Source: Schmidtea polychroa (lineage: Eukaryota). From it: DNA of 64,000 nt. Below the pieces are notes generated by a model. It did no database searches. It had not been told where the DNA came from and saw nothing but the letters and a program-made list of their open reading frames with translations. The DNA is taken from the NCBI GenBank assembly GCA_044892525.1, contig CM097885.1:52516001-52580000 (forward strand), given 5' to 3'. Position numbers and translations under genes: made by a program. This document shows, piece after piece, positions 32,511 through 44,775 of this stretch (positions within the stretch are counted from its first letter, which is position 1; each line of letters opens with the position of its first letter).

Positions 32511-33914
32511 TTTGAATTTTGAATTTAAAATATTCTGTAAATTTTTTAAGATATTAATAATTTAATAATCTAATACTTAATTTTGTTTAAATTGTGAAAA
32601 TTTATTACTTTTTATAATTATATATTTAATTTTTTAATGCTGTTTTTTTCTTTAAAATTCATTGAATTACCTCAGATTTGACTTTATTTCTAACTTTTAT
32701 GGATTAAATTAAATAACAAAACATTGAAATTTAAAATTTCTTTTATTTTTCAAATGTAATAGATTATAGGCAACGTATTTACATATAATTATAAGTTGGA
32801 GACCATAGCAGTTTCAACATGTTTCGTGCAGTCAGTAGGTCATGACCCTATTTTTTTAATGTATTTTTAATTGACACTTCGCTTTTGATGCAAATATTTC
32901 TGTCCAATGTAAACAATTCTTGAAATCATTATTCACCGTATTTACTAGATCTCGCACTGTATTACTTCTTACTCCTTTCTAATATCAAACTGACTCCGAA
33001 TGCAATGGTTTTGAATGTATAGAAGTCATTTCATTGCCACTTTCAGATACATGACTGCTAATGGAAGTTCTTACATCGCTTTATACGTTCATTTCTGGGA
33101 TTATTGTTTTCCTTGTTTATTTAATCATGGTCATCATTGTTTGATGTGTTAATCAATGTTACTTTAAAATATTTGAACAAGTGGCTGCCCTTATTTCTCG
33201 TTTTTCTAATTTGTTCTAGAATTTCTTATTTATTCGACTAATTCTACTATATATTACAAAGAGTTAGGCAACGTTCTGTCTGTATTTCAGGAAAAATTTC
33301 ACATTAACGTCGATGTTTTGAAATATGGTTGAAATCCATTATTATCATTGGTTAATAAGTAAAAATCAGATTTTTCTTTGCTAATTTTGTCTTTTCTATG
33401 TCATTTCGGTTACCAGCAATCTTAGAAAATTAGCTTGAATCCTTGAGACGTTCAAGGCTTGAGTTCCCAATGTTGGGGTTGCACCTCGGTTGGCTACTCT
33501 ACATTATTGGCTGGCCTAAGGGTTGATTGTCCATCTCAAATAAGTTGAACTTCCGCCTTGTCAACCTGAAGTGGAACACCACATAACTTCCCTCCAACAT
33601 AGTGCCCGTGAATTACTTCACGTTGGTACTGCACTATGCCGGCGAGACGCCAGCAAGCAGGTGAGCTTCTGCCTTAAAACTACTCCTTGCTGAGGCCTCG
33701 ACTTCCCATTCACGACTGCCGATAGAAGGGCTTACGTCCATTTCGTTACACAACCACTTATCAGGATTCGCTGAATGCAAATTGGGGATTTCTAGTAGAT
33801 GGATTGGGCACCGCTGGCACAGGGCACCGCTAGCACAGTACCCCCCCTCCCTCCCCCCGTCGGTAAGATTTTCAAAAATATTCTAAGTCTAAAAGTACAT
33901 TTTTTTTCAAGATC

Positions 33915-34600
33915 AAATTTAAACAAAGACATATGACTCATCAAGGTCATTGAAACAAAGGCCATGACTCATGTCATGACTCATCAAAATTTTTCAAGGT
34001 CATTTAAACAAAGACCATGACTCATCATATGATTCATCAAGGTCATTTTCAAGGTCGTATGACTCATACTATGACTCATATGCCTTGAAAAATTTTTTTC
34101 AAGGTCGCATGACTCATCCTATGACTCATCAAGGTCAAAAAAATTTTCTCAGGGTCATTTAAACAAAGACCATGACTCATTCAAGGGCATTTTCAAGGTC
34201 ATATGACTCATTCAAGGTCATTCTCAAGGTCATATGACTCATACTATGACTCATCAAAAAATTTTCAAGGTCATATGACTCATATTATGACTCATCAAAA
34301 TTTTTCAAGGTCATTTCCAAGGCCAACTGAGTCATCCTCTGACTCATCAAGGTCATTTTCAAGGTCGCATAACTCATCCAATGTCATTCTCAAGGTCATA
34401 TGACGCATACTATGACTCATCAAAAATTCCCAAGGTCACATGACTCATACTATGACTCATCAAAATTTTCAAGGTCATTTTCAAGGTCATCTGAGTCACC
34501 CTATGACTCATCAAGGTCATTTTCAAGGTCACATGACTCATCCAAGGTTATTCCCAAGGTCATATGAGTCATCGCGATGACTCATCAAGGTCATATTATT
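33915..34600 (+). repeat. Degenerate array of ATGACTCAT and TCAAGGTCA motifs
   Basis: Dozens of interleaved copies are visible. Confidence 0.9.
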
Positions 34601-35162
34601 ATTTTTAAAAAATATTATTATTTTTATTATTATTTTTTCAAAATATTATTAAGTGTGCTAGCGGTGCCCTACTATTTGGCATGCCAAAAGTTATCGTTCC
34701 CATCATTTTATTTCATCGTTCGATAGCTTGTTTTGAAGCTTGGTGCAAGACCTTTCGAATGAGCTATTGAAAGTACCATCATCATCACTATTGACAAAGT
34801 TATTAACATTTACCCAAGACCATTTTCAAGATCATATAATTATTATTATTTTTCAAAAATATTATTAAGTGTGCTAGCGGTGCCCTACTATTTGGCATGC
34901 CAAAAGTTATCGTTCCCATCATTTTATTTCATCGTTCGATAACTATTTTATTATTATTTTTTAAAATATTATTTTTTTTCAAGGTCATTTATTTTTTCAA
35001 GGTCAAATTTTTTTCAAGGTCAAATTTTTTTCAAGGTCAAATTTTTTTTCAAGGTCATATTTTAAAATTTAAATTTACAGAGTTCCCGCCAACGAACATT
35101 ATTCAACGATAGCTCATTTGAAAGCCCAATCCAGGGCCTTTCGAATGAGCCATATATATCTC

Positions 35163-35670
<508 letters not shown>

Positions 35671-35799
35671 GTATTAATCTATATACTCCGAGTCTATCCG
35701 ACAAAAATATTCTGTCCCCCTATGGGTAATGCTCACAAGGGTACTGCTCACGCTCAATAACTCGCATTCGATTATTTTATTATTATTCGATTATTATAT

Positions 35800-36475
35800 T
35801 ATTATTTTTCAAAATATTATTATTTTCAAGGTCATATTATTATTTTTCAAAATATTATTATTTTCAAGGTCATATTATTATTTTTCAAAATATTATTATT
35901 TTCAAGGTCATATTATTATTTTCAAGGTCATATTATTATTTTCAAGGTCATATTATTATTTTTCAAAATATTATTATTTTCAAGGTCATATTATTATTTT
36001 TCAAAATATTATTATTTTCAAGGTCATATTATTATTTTTCAAAATATTATTATTTTCAAGGTCATATTATTATTTTTCAAAATATTATTATTTTCAAGGT
36101 CATATTATTATTTTTCAAGGTCATATTATTATTTTCAAGGTCATATTATTATTTTTCAAAATATGATTATTTTCAAGGTCATATTATTATTTTTCAAAAT
36201 ATTATTATTTTCAAGGTCATATTATTATTTTTCAAAATATTATTATTTTCAAGGTCATATTATTATTTTTCAAAATATTATTATTTTCAAGGTCATATTA
36301 TTATTTTTCAAAATATTATTATTTTCAAGGTCATATTATTATTTTTCAAAATATTATTATTTTCAAGGTCATATTATTATTTTTCAAAATATTATTATTT
36401 TCAAGGTCATATTATTATTTTTCAAAATATTATTATTTTCAAGGTCATATTATTATTTTCAAGGTCATATTATTT
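35800..36475 (+). repeat. ~39-bp minisatellite TTTTCAAGGTCATATTATTATTTTTCAAAATATTATTAT
   Basis: Tandem units and half-units. Confidence 0.92.
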
Positions 36476-36477
36476 TT

Positions 36478-36950
36478 GTTTTATTTATCGATTATTTAAT
36501 AATTTAATTTTGTTTAAATCGTTGATTATACAATAATATTTTTATTTTTTCTTTTAATTGTCAATTATGTAATAATTAAATTTTGTTTAAATCGTTGATT
36601 ATATGATAATATTTTTATTTTTGTTTTAATTATCGATTACTTAATAATTTAATATTGTTTAAATCGATAATTATATAATAATATTTTTTTTGTTTGAATT
36701 ATTAATTATGTAATAATTTTATTTTTTTAAATTGTTGATTAAATGATAATATTTTGTTTTTGTTTTAATTATCGATTACTTAATAATTTAATATTGTTTA
36801 AATGGTTAATTATATAATAATATTTTTTTGTTTTAATTATCAATTACATAATAATTTAATTTTGTTTAAATTGTTGATTTTATGATAATATTTTTATTTT
36901 TGTTTTAATTATCGATTACTTAATAATTTAATATTGTTTAAATGGTTAAA
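36478..36950 (+). repeat. Degenerate ~65-70 bp AT-rich tandem repeat
   Basis: Recurring TTAATTATCGATTACTTAATAATTTAATATTGTTTAAAT. Confidence 0.8.
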
Positions 36951-37103
36951 GTGCTCTTTTTATGAACTTGGAAAAAGGGGGGTAAGGGGGGGCCCTTGCA
37001 TCTATAGCACGCCATGGCGTGCTTATTAATAAACCATGGTTTATTAGCAGATGCTGAGGGGCCCCCCCTTACCCCCCTTTTTCCAAGTTCATAAAAAGAG
37101 CAC
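36951..37103. other. T-shaped palindromic hairpin resembling a parvoviral terminal repeat
   Basis: 45-bp perfect outer stem enclosing two perfect palindromes (37006-37023 and 37027-37046), both centred on CCATGG. Confidence 0.8.
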
Positions 37104-37122
37104 ACCGGTCAAACAGTGACTT

Positions 37123-37994
37123 CGTGGGAATTTATGGAAAGATATATAGTAAAGTAAAGGCAGATGCCTTTATCCAAGTAGGCATAGTCACATAATGCCT
37201 TTCCTTTACTAATATATTTTAAGAATGAGTCATCAAAACACTAATCGATAATTATACACACAAACTTTTATCACACGTAAAAATATATTTCCTTCACATA
37301 ATAATTCCAATAGATTAACATTTTTAAAATCACAATAGATTTCTTCACCAATAATAATTTCCTTTCCTACACAATCGTCGAAACAGAATTCAGATTGAGT
37401 TTGAGCACCAGTAAAAAATCCATGTTTAAGATGTCCTCGACATATTGCAGTGAACAATGTTTTACCACCATTACTTACCCCTTCTAAAATAATAGTTTTG
37501 GTTTTTCCGGCTTGAGAAGATAATATTGTATATATCCCAAGGAGGCGACGAATATACGTTTCATTTTCTTTAGGAATAATCCTACGATTGTCAAAAATAA
37601 GTTTATCAATTTGTCTAGAGTGATCATTGTTAAAATAGAAATTGTTGTTAGTAATAAAACTCTCCATAAAAGTTGATAATTCATTGTAAATTAACAGTTT
37701 ATTCATTTGTGATAAAAGTTTGTGTGTATAATTATCGATTAGTGTTTTGATGACTCATTCTCAAAATATTATAGTAAAGTAAAGGCATTATGAGACTGTA
37801 CCTAACTTGGAAAAGGCATCTGCCTTTACTTTACTATATATATTTATAAACTCCCACGCATGTGTATTTATCGATTAGTGTTTTGATGACTCATAGGCAT
37901 AGTCACATAATGCCTTTCCTTTACTAATATATTTTAAGAATGAGTCATCAAAACACTAATCGATAAATACACATGCGTGGGAGTTTATAAATAT
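37123..37994. repeat. Nested inverted repeats (37123-37275/37708-37858 and 37840-37894/37940-37994)
   Basis: Direct reverse-complement matches. The first pair brackets the helicase fragment. Confidence 0.88.
37233..37706 (-). pseudogene. Parvovirus NS1/Rep-like superfamily 3 helicase fragment
   Basis: Walker A GVSNGGKT, FCFDDC (cf. FPFNDC), Walker B IIIGEE, B'-like LLCEG...RVIK. Motif C and the HUH domain are absent. Confidence 0.8.
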
Positions 37995-39721
37995 CAGGAG
38001 TACTATCATATTTTATAAGAGCCAAAACCGAGTAAAGGAAACAAAATTCGTCATCATTATTTACATTTATTATACATTTTTTCCTGATTAATGTTTTCGG
38101 GGTTTCAATATATTTACGACCACTCAACCTACTAATCTTTGAATATTTTGTCACAATAAAACTAATGTATTCTATTTTGTTAATGGTCCAATTACTTCCC
38201 TTTTCATTTATTTTACTAATTTTTTCATTTAAAAGAGAGATACCATCATCAATAAATGTGTCGCTCCATACACGAGCAGAGTTTGAGATTATGAAAGACT
38301 GAAATTCATCATTTTTCTCAAACTCTACTTTAATACAAAATTGAATTTTTACTGATTTCATTTTATTTACAATTTCTAACAATTTTTCTATGAGAACGTC
38401 AGGAACAGAAAGAATTTTACAATTCAAGGAAGATATATCCAACTTAACTATTACATGGGAACTATTCAGGTCGGAAACTACGTCGACTATACCACTACCT
38501 ACTTGGGGTACAACATCACTATTTTCAAATTCACTATTTTCAAATTCACTATTTTCAAATTCACTATTTATAACTTCACTATTTATAACTTCACTATTTA
38601 CAACTTCACTATTTACAACTTCATTACTTACAACATCATCGTCGTCTTCACTAATGACTATTATTTCTTTCATCTTTTTTGTGGGAATTTCTGTGGGAAT
38701 TTCTAAATGTCTTTTATTACCTATTATTCCTATTAATCTATTGACTGTTTCCATTAATTGTCGATTTTGTATCAACATGGCATTAATCATACTTTTGTTG
38801 GTGGTCCTATTATTGATTTTTGTTGATGTTTCCATTAATTGTCGATTTTGTAAGTTTTCGGTGTTCCTATTATTAGTTGATGATATATATTTTTGATACG
38901 CAATTTTGAAAACTGATTTTTTAGAAGGCATATATTGGGTTAAATGATTACGATGTTTATCATAAAATTCGGTATATGTCGATGTTTCAAGAGTTTGGCA
39001 TGTAGGACATAACAAGTATGTTACACTTTTATATTCATGACCATAATATTTTTCCATAATATCGTCACAGTCATGATGTGTAGCACTGTTACAAAAGGTT
39101 GGATATTTATAACCTATAAAATAGTATTATTATCAAAATTATTATTATTATTATTATCAAAATTATTATTATTTATTATTACTATATAATCTGAGTTTAT
39201 ACGACAAAATATTCTGTCCCTCCCTTGCTCATAAGTGTATTATATTTAAATTTATTTTAATTAAATAAAAACATATTCATTTTCTTTATAAAAATTAATT
39301 TCATTATTTGTTTCATAACAAAATTGACTTCATACATTTTCTTTATAACAAAATTGACTTCATATTAATTTAAAAAATCATAATAATTTAAAGTAAATTA
39401 ATTTAAAAATCATAATAATTTAAAGCATATTAATTTTAAAATTTTAAAAAACCTACATTTAGGTTTCTTGCACGCGAGATTGTGTACAGCATTATTTACT
39501 AAAAAATCATAATAATAATAATAATTTAAAAATTAAATTTACCATAATTTCCGGAAACATTATTTTCAATTCCATTACTTGCTGAAAAATTATAAGTTCC
39601 CGAAACATTATTTTCATTAATGTAGACTAAAATATAAATAAAAATAAAAACATATTAATAAAAAATTACCCATACGATTTCTTCGAATCATTTCCTTGAT
39701 TTCATTTGAAATATTTTGCAT
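37948..39721 (-). pseudogene. Element A pPolB N-terminal region, 4 exons (39721-39670, 39626-39543, 39498-39457, 39113-37948), truncated before the catalytic domains
   Basis: KGSNWTI...YIETP...CIINVNNDDEFCFLYSVLA parallels element B pPolB GDSNLVF...YIPTP...VINVQNNDNKCFIWSILA. QVGSG cleavage-like site. The frame ends in the inverted repeat. Confidence 0.8.
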
Positions 39722-39947
39722 TTTGAATAAATGAAAAAGAATTACAAAAACATAGATTATATATGTAACGTTTATCCAATCAAAATGCAGATAGGATAGA
39801 AAAAATTAACGCACACATATTCATGTCTTTGTTTAAAAAAGAATGAGTCATCGATGACTCACAAATAATGTCTTTGTTACTCACATAAAGACATGCAATA
39901 CAAGTGCATGAAATTTGTTGATATGAATAATAAAATTAATTAATAAT

Positions 39948-40028
<81 letters not shown>

Positions 40029-40050
40029 CTTGTGACATTTAATACATTTA

Positions 40051-40435
40051 TTAAACAAAATTATACATTGATAACAACCATGCAAGGCAATGTTGGCCAC
40101 AAGTAATTGAAAATGGATTTTGATACCGAGTTCGATTATATACAATAGGTTTACCAATAGTTTGCAATTTACTAATTAATAAATTTGGGTAATAATATCC
40201 AAAGGGATCGAATGCATATACTCGGTTTGGTTTCACATATACAGCAATCCAATGTTCACCTCCTAAACTAGATGTATGAGTATTGACGATTATGGCTTGA
40301 TTATTTCTCAAATATGGAATTTTATCCAGTGGATAAACTCCAAGAAATTCGTTTCCCAATAATTGAGTACCAATTCGAGACACCTGAATAGAACTAATCA
40401 ATAAGTTAAATTATAAAATAAAAATCTTACTCCAT
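40051..40435 (-). CDS. Adenain-like protease, spliced (copy 2)
   Basis: Same as 895-1279. Confidence 0.85.
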
Positions 40436-40465
40436 AAAAAACTTTAATCTTTTAAATTTCTTCAT

Positions 40466-41692
40466 TTATACTAGTACAGTTCGATTTGCAGTAATTTGGA
40501 TTTCATTTTCAAAAACCCCATAGATTATTACATGGACTGGTTCAGTAGTTGCTTTACCGAACTTAATATCCAATCTCAAATTGCCACTTTGAGGTAATTG
40601 ACTTTGATTTAAATCAAAATCTGGAGCCAGAACAAATGTGAAAAATGGATAGAATGTTTTGAATTCTTCCAGACTTATACCACAATTAAGATTTTTATCC
40701 AAATATCCTAAATTTCTGACAAGACTTTGCATATATGAAGTACAATAATTATCATTATCAAAATCTTGAGTATAAGTTTCTCGATAATCAGTATTTTTCG
40801 ATAATGAAAGAGAAGTTACACTAAAGTGTTTGAATTTTGATGAAGATGTATCATAAGATCCGTTATATTGAGCTTCACTTTGAAAAGTTACAAGGATAAA
40901 ATTAGGCATTCTTCGATCTCCAAATATTTGCTCCTTGTAAAAAGATGATGCTCCTTTAGCAATTGCAAATGATACAATTTCTTTTGTTTTTATCGGATAA
41001 ATTGCATGTTTGGTATTTAATCCAATTTGATGTCCCGCTAATACAGACGATTCACATCGAACTCTTCGAACCATTAATTTGGCATCGAGTAATATTAATT
41101 TAGGTGCTGCACCTGCAACTCCAGTTGATAATGACAATGCAGAATCAGATCTTTTCAATCTCATATGTACATTAACACCTGGTAGTAAATATTTGGGTTG
41201 ATCCATAAAATCCAATTGTAGAGATGAACACATGTTGAAAGTTTTTGAGCCTTTAATCCACTTTTTTCGATCATCAGATACACCATATCCCATTGGAGTT
41301 AGACAAGTATCTTTAGTATCATTATTATAATTTAAAATAGTTTCGATAATTGCCTTGTGAGCATATGTATTGTTTCCACCCTCAATTTTAATGTTATTAA
41401 ATCCAAGAATAACATCTTTAAAGAGAGTATGAAACAAGAAATTATTAGGTTCAGTTGTATCATCTGCAGCTAATGCTTTATTGTCTTTATCTACAACTTT
41501 TATTTGAACATACAACAAAGTATCGTTCAAATCTAAATATTCTGTTTGAGAACCATTAATGTAAAATTCCACATCATTTCTACTATCGGTAATAGAATTC
41601 ATTGGAAATACATCTTCAAATGCTCCATATTCGATAACCGCCTGAGGCGATGGTCGATCAAATAGACATAATTCAGATTTACCGCAAATCAT
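40466..41692 (-). CDS. Major capsid protein (copy 2)
   Basis: Same protein as 1310-2536. Confidence 0.9.
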   Translation of the reverse strand: MICGKSELCLFDRPSPQAVIEYGAFEDVFPMNSITDSRNDVEFYINGSQTEYLDLNDTLLYVQIKVVDKDNKALAADDTTEPNNFLFHTLFKDVILGFNNIKIEGGNNTYAHKAIIETILNYNNDTKDTCLTPMGYGVSDDRKKWIKGSKTFNMCSSLQLDFMDQPKYLLPGVNVHMRLKRSDSALSLSTGVAGAAPKLILLDAKLMVRRVRCESSVLAGHQIGLNTKHAIYPIKTKEIVSFAIAKGASSFYKEQIFGDRRMPNFILVTFQSEAQYNGSYDTSSSKFKHFSVTSLSLSKNTDYRETYTQDFDNDNYCTSYMQSLVRNLGYLDKNLNCGISLEEFKTFYPFFTFVLAPDFDLNQSQLPQSGNLRLDIKFGKATTEPVHVIIYGVFENEIQITANRTVLV

Positions 41693-42078
41693 TCTTCAAA
41701 TATGGTTCCGTGTCCTTTCATTCGTTTGTTTATATGCCTTCTCCCTCTCTTGTGTTTAGTTCCCATACTTGTTTTAATTTCACTTTCAAATTTACGTTTT
41801 ACTGGTACCAGTGCTGGTTCAGTTTTAAACATACCAGGTATTACTTTACTTATTTCAGCAATTGCATTTGATTTCAACGATGGTAATATTTTCTTGTCAT
41901 TCATAATTACATCTTTTGCAGTTTTCATACCGAAATTACCAATACGTTTAAGAATTGGTAACGCAAATCTACCAATTGTTCTCAACCACCCACTTCCGTA
42001 CTGTTTACCAACAAAATATGGTAATTCGCCACCACTTTGGCTACCACTATACATACTAATAATATCAGAATTAGCCAT
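41689..42078 (-). CDS. Basic core/membrane-active protein (copy 2)
   Basis: As 2533-2922, with QSGG instead of QSCG and an R>H change. Confidence 0.65.
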   Translation of the reverse strand: MANSDIISMYSGSQSGGELPYFVGKQYGSGWLRTIGRFALPILKRIGNFGMKTAKDVIMNDKKILPSLKSNAIAEISKVIPGMFKTEPALVPVKRKFESEIKTSMGTKHKRGRRHINKRMKGHGTIFEE

Positions 42079-43090
42079 CTACTTTACGAAAATGTAGTGT
42101 CAAATGAGTTTTTGAATCTTTTGCAAATTCGATTAATTGACCAGAATCATCTCTTATATTTATTTCTATATTGTTTATACAGGATGTTGAAACAGGCAAA
42201 TACATGGGATTTTCTACATTGATTTGTACAACATCATCTTGTTCATGTTTCTCAACCCAAATAGATTTCAATAGAGGAACCAAAGAATCACCAACAATTA
42301 TGGGTTCAATAATATTAGTATAGAGAAACATTTGATGATGAAGTTTAATTATTTTCGGTTTATTCATACCTACATTTAATTTTTCATCTTGAATATATGT
42401 TCCTTTTGATAATCCTAATGTTTTTATTAGATTTTTATCAAAAGTAATTTCAGTAATATCAGTATTCAAACTGAATTTGAACAAAGTATTGTCTACTAAT
42501 TCCAATGATTTAAATATTGATCCACAATTCTGAATTAAATATGATTGTAATTCCTCCAATTTAGAAATGTATAAATTCTCATTAAACGTATATGTATTTT
42601 CAGTTTCACCCTCAAACTCAACTTTCATTGAAATTGTCTCATATCGCGCTGCTACTTTGGTAAATCTCGGCCGTAGTACTTGGAATATATTAGTATGATT
42701 TCTATTACTCTGACTTGTTAATTCCAATCGTTTTGCCATTGCTAAACTATCAAATTTTATAGTAAAGGGATGATATTTACATTCAACTATTAAATATTGA
42801 CGATCAATATACATTTTGACAATTGAATCGGAAGGACCAATATCAATTCGATCTTCTACATTATCAATGACAAAAGAGATATTTCTTTGCGTCTCTTTCT
42901 TTTTATATTCAATTTTAGCTTTACTATAAATTGGAAAGAGATTGTACACAAATGTAAAGTCAAGGAGAGCAACTTCCCAATTACCATTTAAATAAATCGG
43001 ATTTTGGAGATTGACCATAAATTTACTGGCAGTGTTTTCTGGATGTATATTCGGACAACTATTACTTGGCAAAATAATGTAAAAATTCAT
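42071..43090 (-). CDS. Minor capsid protein (copy 2)
   Basis: As 2915-3934, with one G>E change. Confidence 0.85.
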   Translation of the reverse strand: MNFYIILPSNSCPNIHPENTASKFMVNLQNPIYLNGNWEVALLDFTFVYNLFPIYSKAKIEYKKKETQRNISFVIDNVEDRIDIGPSDSIVKMYIDRQYLIVECKYHPFTIKFDSLAMAKRLELTSQSNRNHTNIFQVLRPRFTKVAARYETISMKVEFEGETENTYTFNENLYISKLEELQSYLIQNCGSIFKSLELVDNTLFKFSLNTDITEITFDKNLIKTLGLSKGTYIQDEKLNVGMNKPKIIKLHHQMFLYTNIIEPIIVGDSLVPLLKSIWVEKHEQDDVVQINVENPMYLPVSTSCINNIEINIRDDSGQLIEFAKDSKTHLTLHFRKVDG

Positions 43091-43727
43091 TTTACGAGGT
43101 CTCGAGACGATATCCATGATGGGTTTTTATATCCATGCCATTTGACATAGTATTGTTTATCCTTACCCACCATTTTAGTTTTCAATATTTTTTGAATTCT
43201 AAATACTTTTGGGGGAGGAATGACTTGTAATTCTTGCTCATAAAATTTCCCTTGTACAATGTTATTTTCAGAATCTCTGATGACATACATCACAGGGTTC
43301 TGGCTAGTATTTATTTTCGAAATTACAAAGACTTCATCACTCCAATTTGTATCGAAATTTTTAATAAATGGTGATGCACTAATTTTACTAATTCTAACAT
43401 GGTCACCAACTTTATATTTCGGTTTTGTAATTTTTTCAGATTTTTTAGAATAGAATGTTTTTGATGTGATATCAACCGGTCTCAATCCATTAAGTCCTCG
43501 ATGTGACTAGTTATAACTGGTTATAATTTTTGGTAAAACCAATACCCATTTTTTATTACCTTGATACACGAACAATTTCTTTAATCTATCTCTCAAGGTT
43601 CTGTTAAATCTTTCAACATGAGCAGCTTTGTATTGAGAATGTACCGAGTAGTGATTTATTTTCAGTTTATCGAGGATTTGCTTAACTTTACTGTTGTAGA
43701 ATTCTTTACCTAAAATAATAATAATAT

Positions 43728-43819
<92 letters not shown>

Positions 43820-44207
43820 CTAAATCCGTTTGTAAATTATTAGGATGTCCATTTTTAAATAAAATATTAATAGCTTTGGACATTTCATCTGCAGATTTTG
43901 ACTTGACTGGTATTGCTCGTGCAAACCTGCTGTATACATTAATACACGTTAAAATATATTTATACCCCTTGTTAATTTTTGAATAGGGTATCATCTCCAT
44001 CAAATCCATTTGCCACAAATCATTTATTCCATATGTTTTATACGCTCTTGTTGGAAATCTTTTCTGCATTGGTTTGTTCAAACTGTACGCTAGTTGATTT
44101 GATAACCACTTCTGGGTTTCTTTTTTCGAATTCGGAACTCTTTTCTTTAATTTTGCCACTCCACCGAAACCGGCTTCGTCTTCTGGGTTCGTCCAAATCT
44201 TCTCCAT
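43087..44207 (-). pseudogene. rve integrase-chromodomain (copy 2); intron 43710-43819; TAG at 43507-43509
   Basis: As 3931-5048. Confidence 0.88.
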
Positions 44208-44262
44208 TACAACAGGAAGATTTAAAATTCAAATTAAGATTTGGTAATGATTGACCCATTGT

Positions 44263-44754
44263 TTATGATGATGATTTTAATAAACCTGCCCCTCCCAATA
44301 AAGATAATGCTATTGGTATCAAGGCTGCAATGAAGCCTCCTTGTTGTTTATATATGATTTTACGCATACGTTTTTTATTTTTAGTATTTACTAATGATAA
44401 TAGTGGTTTCTTGTGTCTGTTCAAAATCTTTTTATTTGATGTACTTATACGGAATTTACCTTTAACAACTTTAATTAAAATAGCAAGTAAATCATCAATA
44501 ACATAATTTGGAAAAGACTGTAAAATATTCATTCTTCTCATACTGGGAGCCTTAAGTAATGCAATGAAAAACGGAAAACTACGATGAGAATTACTCGGCG
44601 GAATATGATTACTCGGTGGAATACGATTACTCGGCGGAATATTACCAATAAGCAATTTTTTCGATGGTGTGAAACTAGTTTTTGGTGGAATCTTAACCAC
44701 TTTTGCAGGTTTCCTTCTTGTAGGTTTTGTCTTTACACGAGTTTTTAGTAACAT
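44263..44754 (-). CDS. pX-like basic core protein (copy 2)
   Basis: As 5104-5595. Confidence 0.6.
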   Translation of the reverse strand: MLLKTRVKTKPTRRKPAKVVKIPPKTSFTPSKKLLIGNIPPSNRIPPSNHIPPSNSHRSFPFFIALLKAPSMRRMNILQSFPNYVIDDLLAILIKVVKGKFRISTSNKKILNRHKKPLLSLVNTKNKKRMRKIIYKQQGGFIAALIPIALSLLGGAGLLKSSS

Positions 44755-44775
44755 GATTGATAATTTATTTTGGTT

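Noticed and set aside
33243..33420. Possible Helitron 5' end (TCTACTATATATTACAAAG)
   Set aside because: No matching 3' hairpin-CTRR end found.
35800..36475. CRISPR-like regular repeat
   Set aside because: No unique spacers, no cas genes, eukaryotic context.
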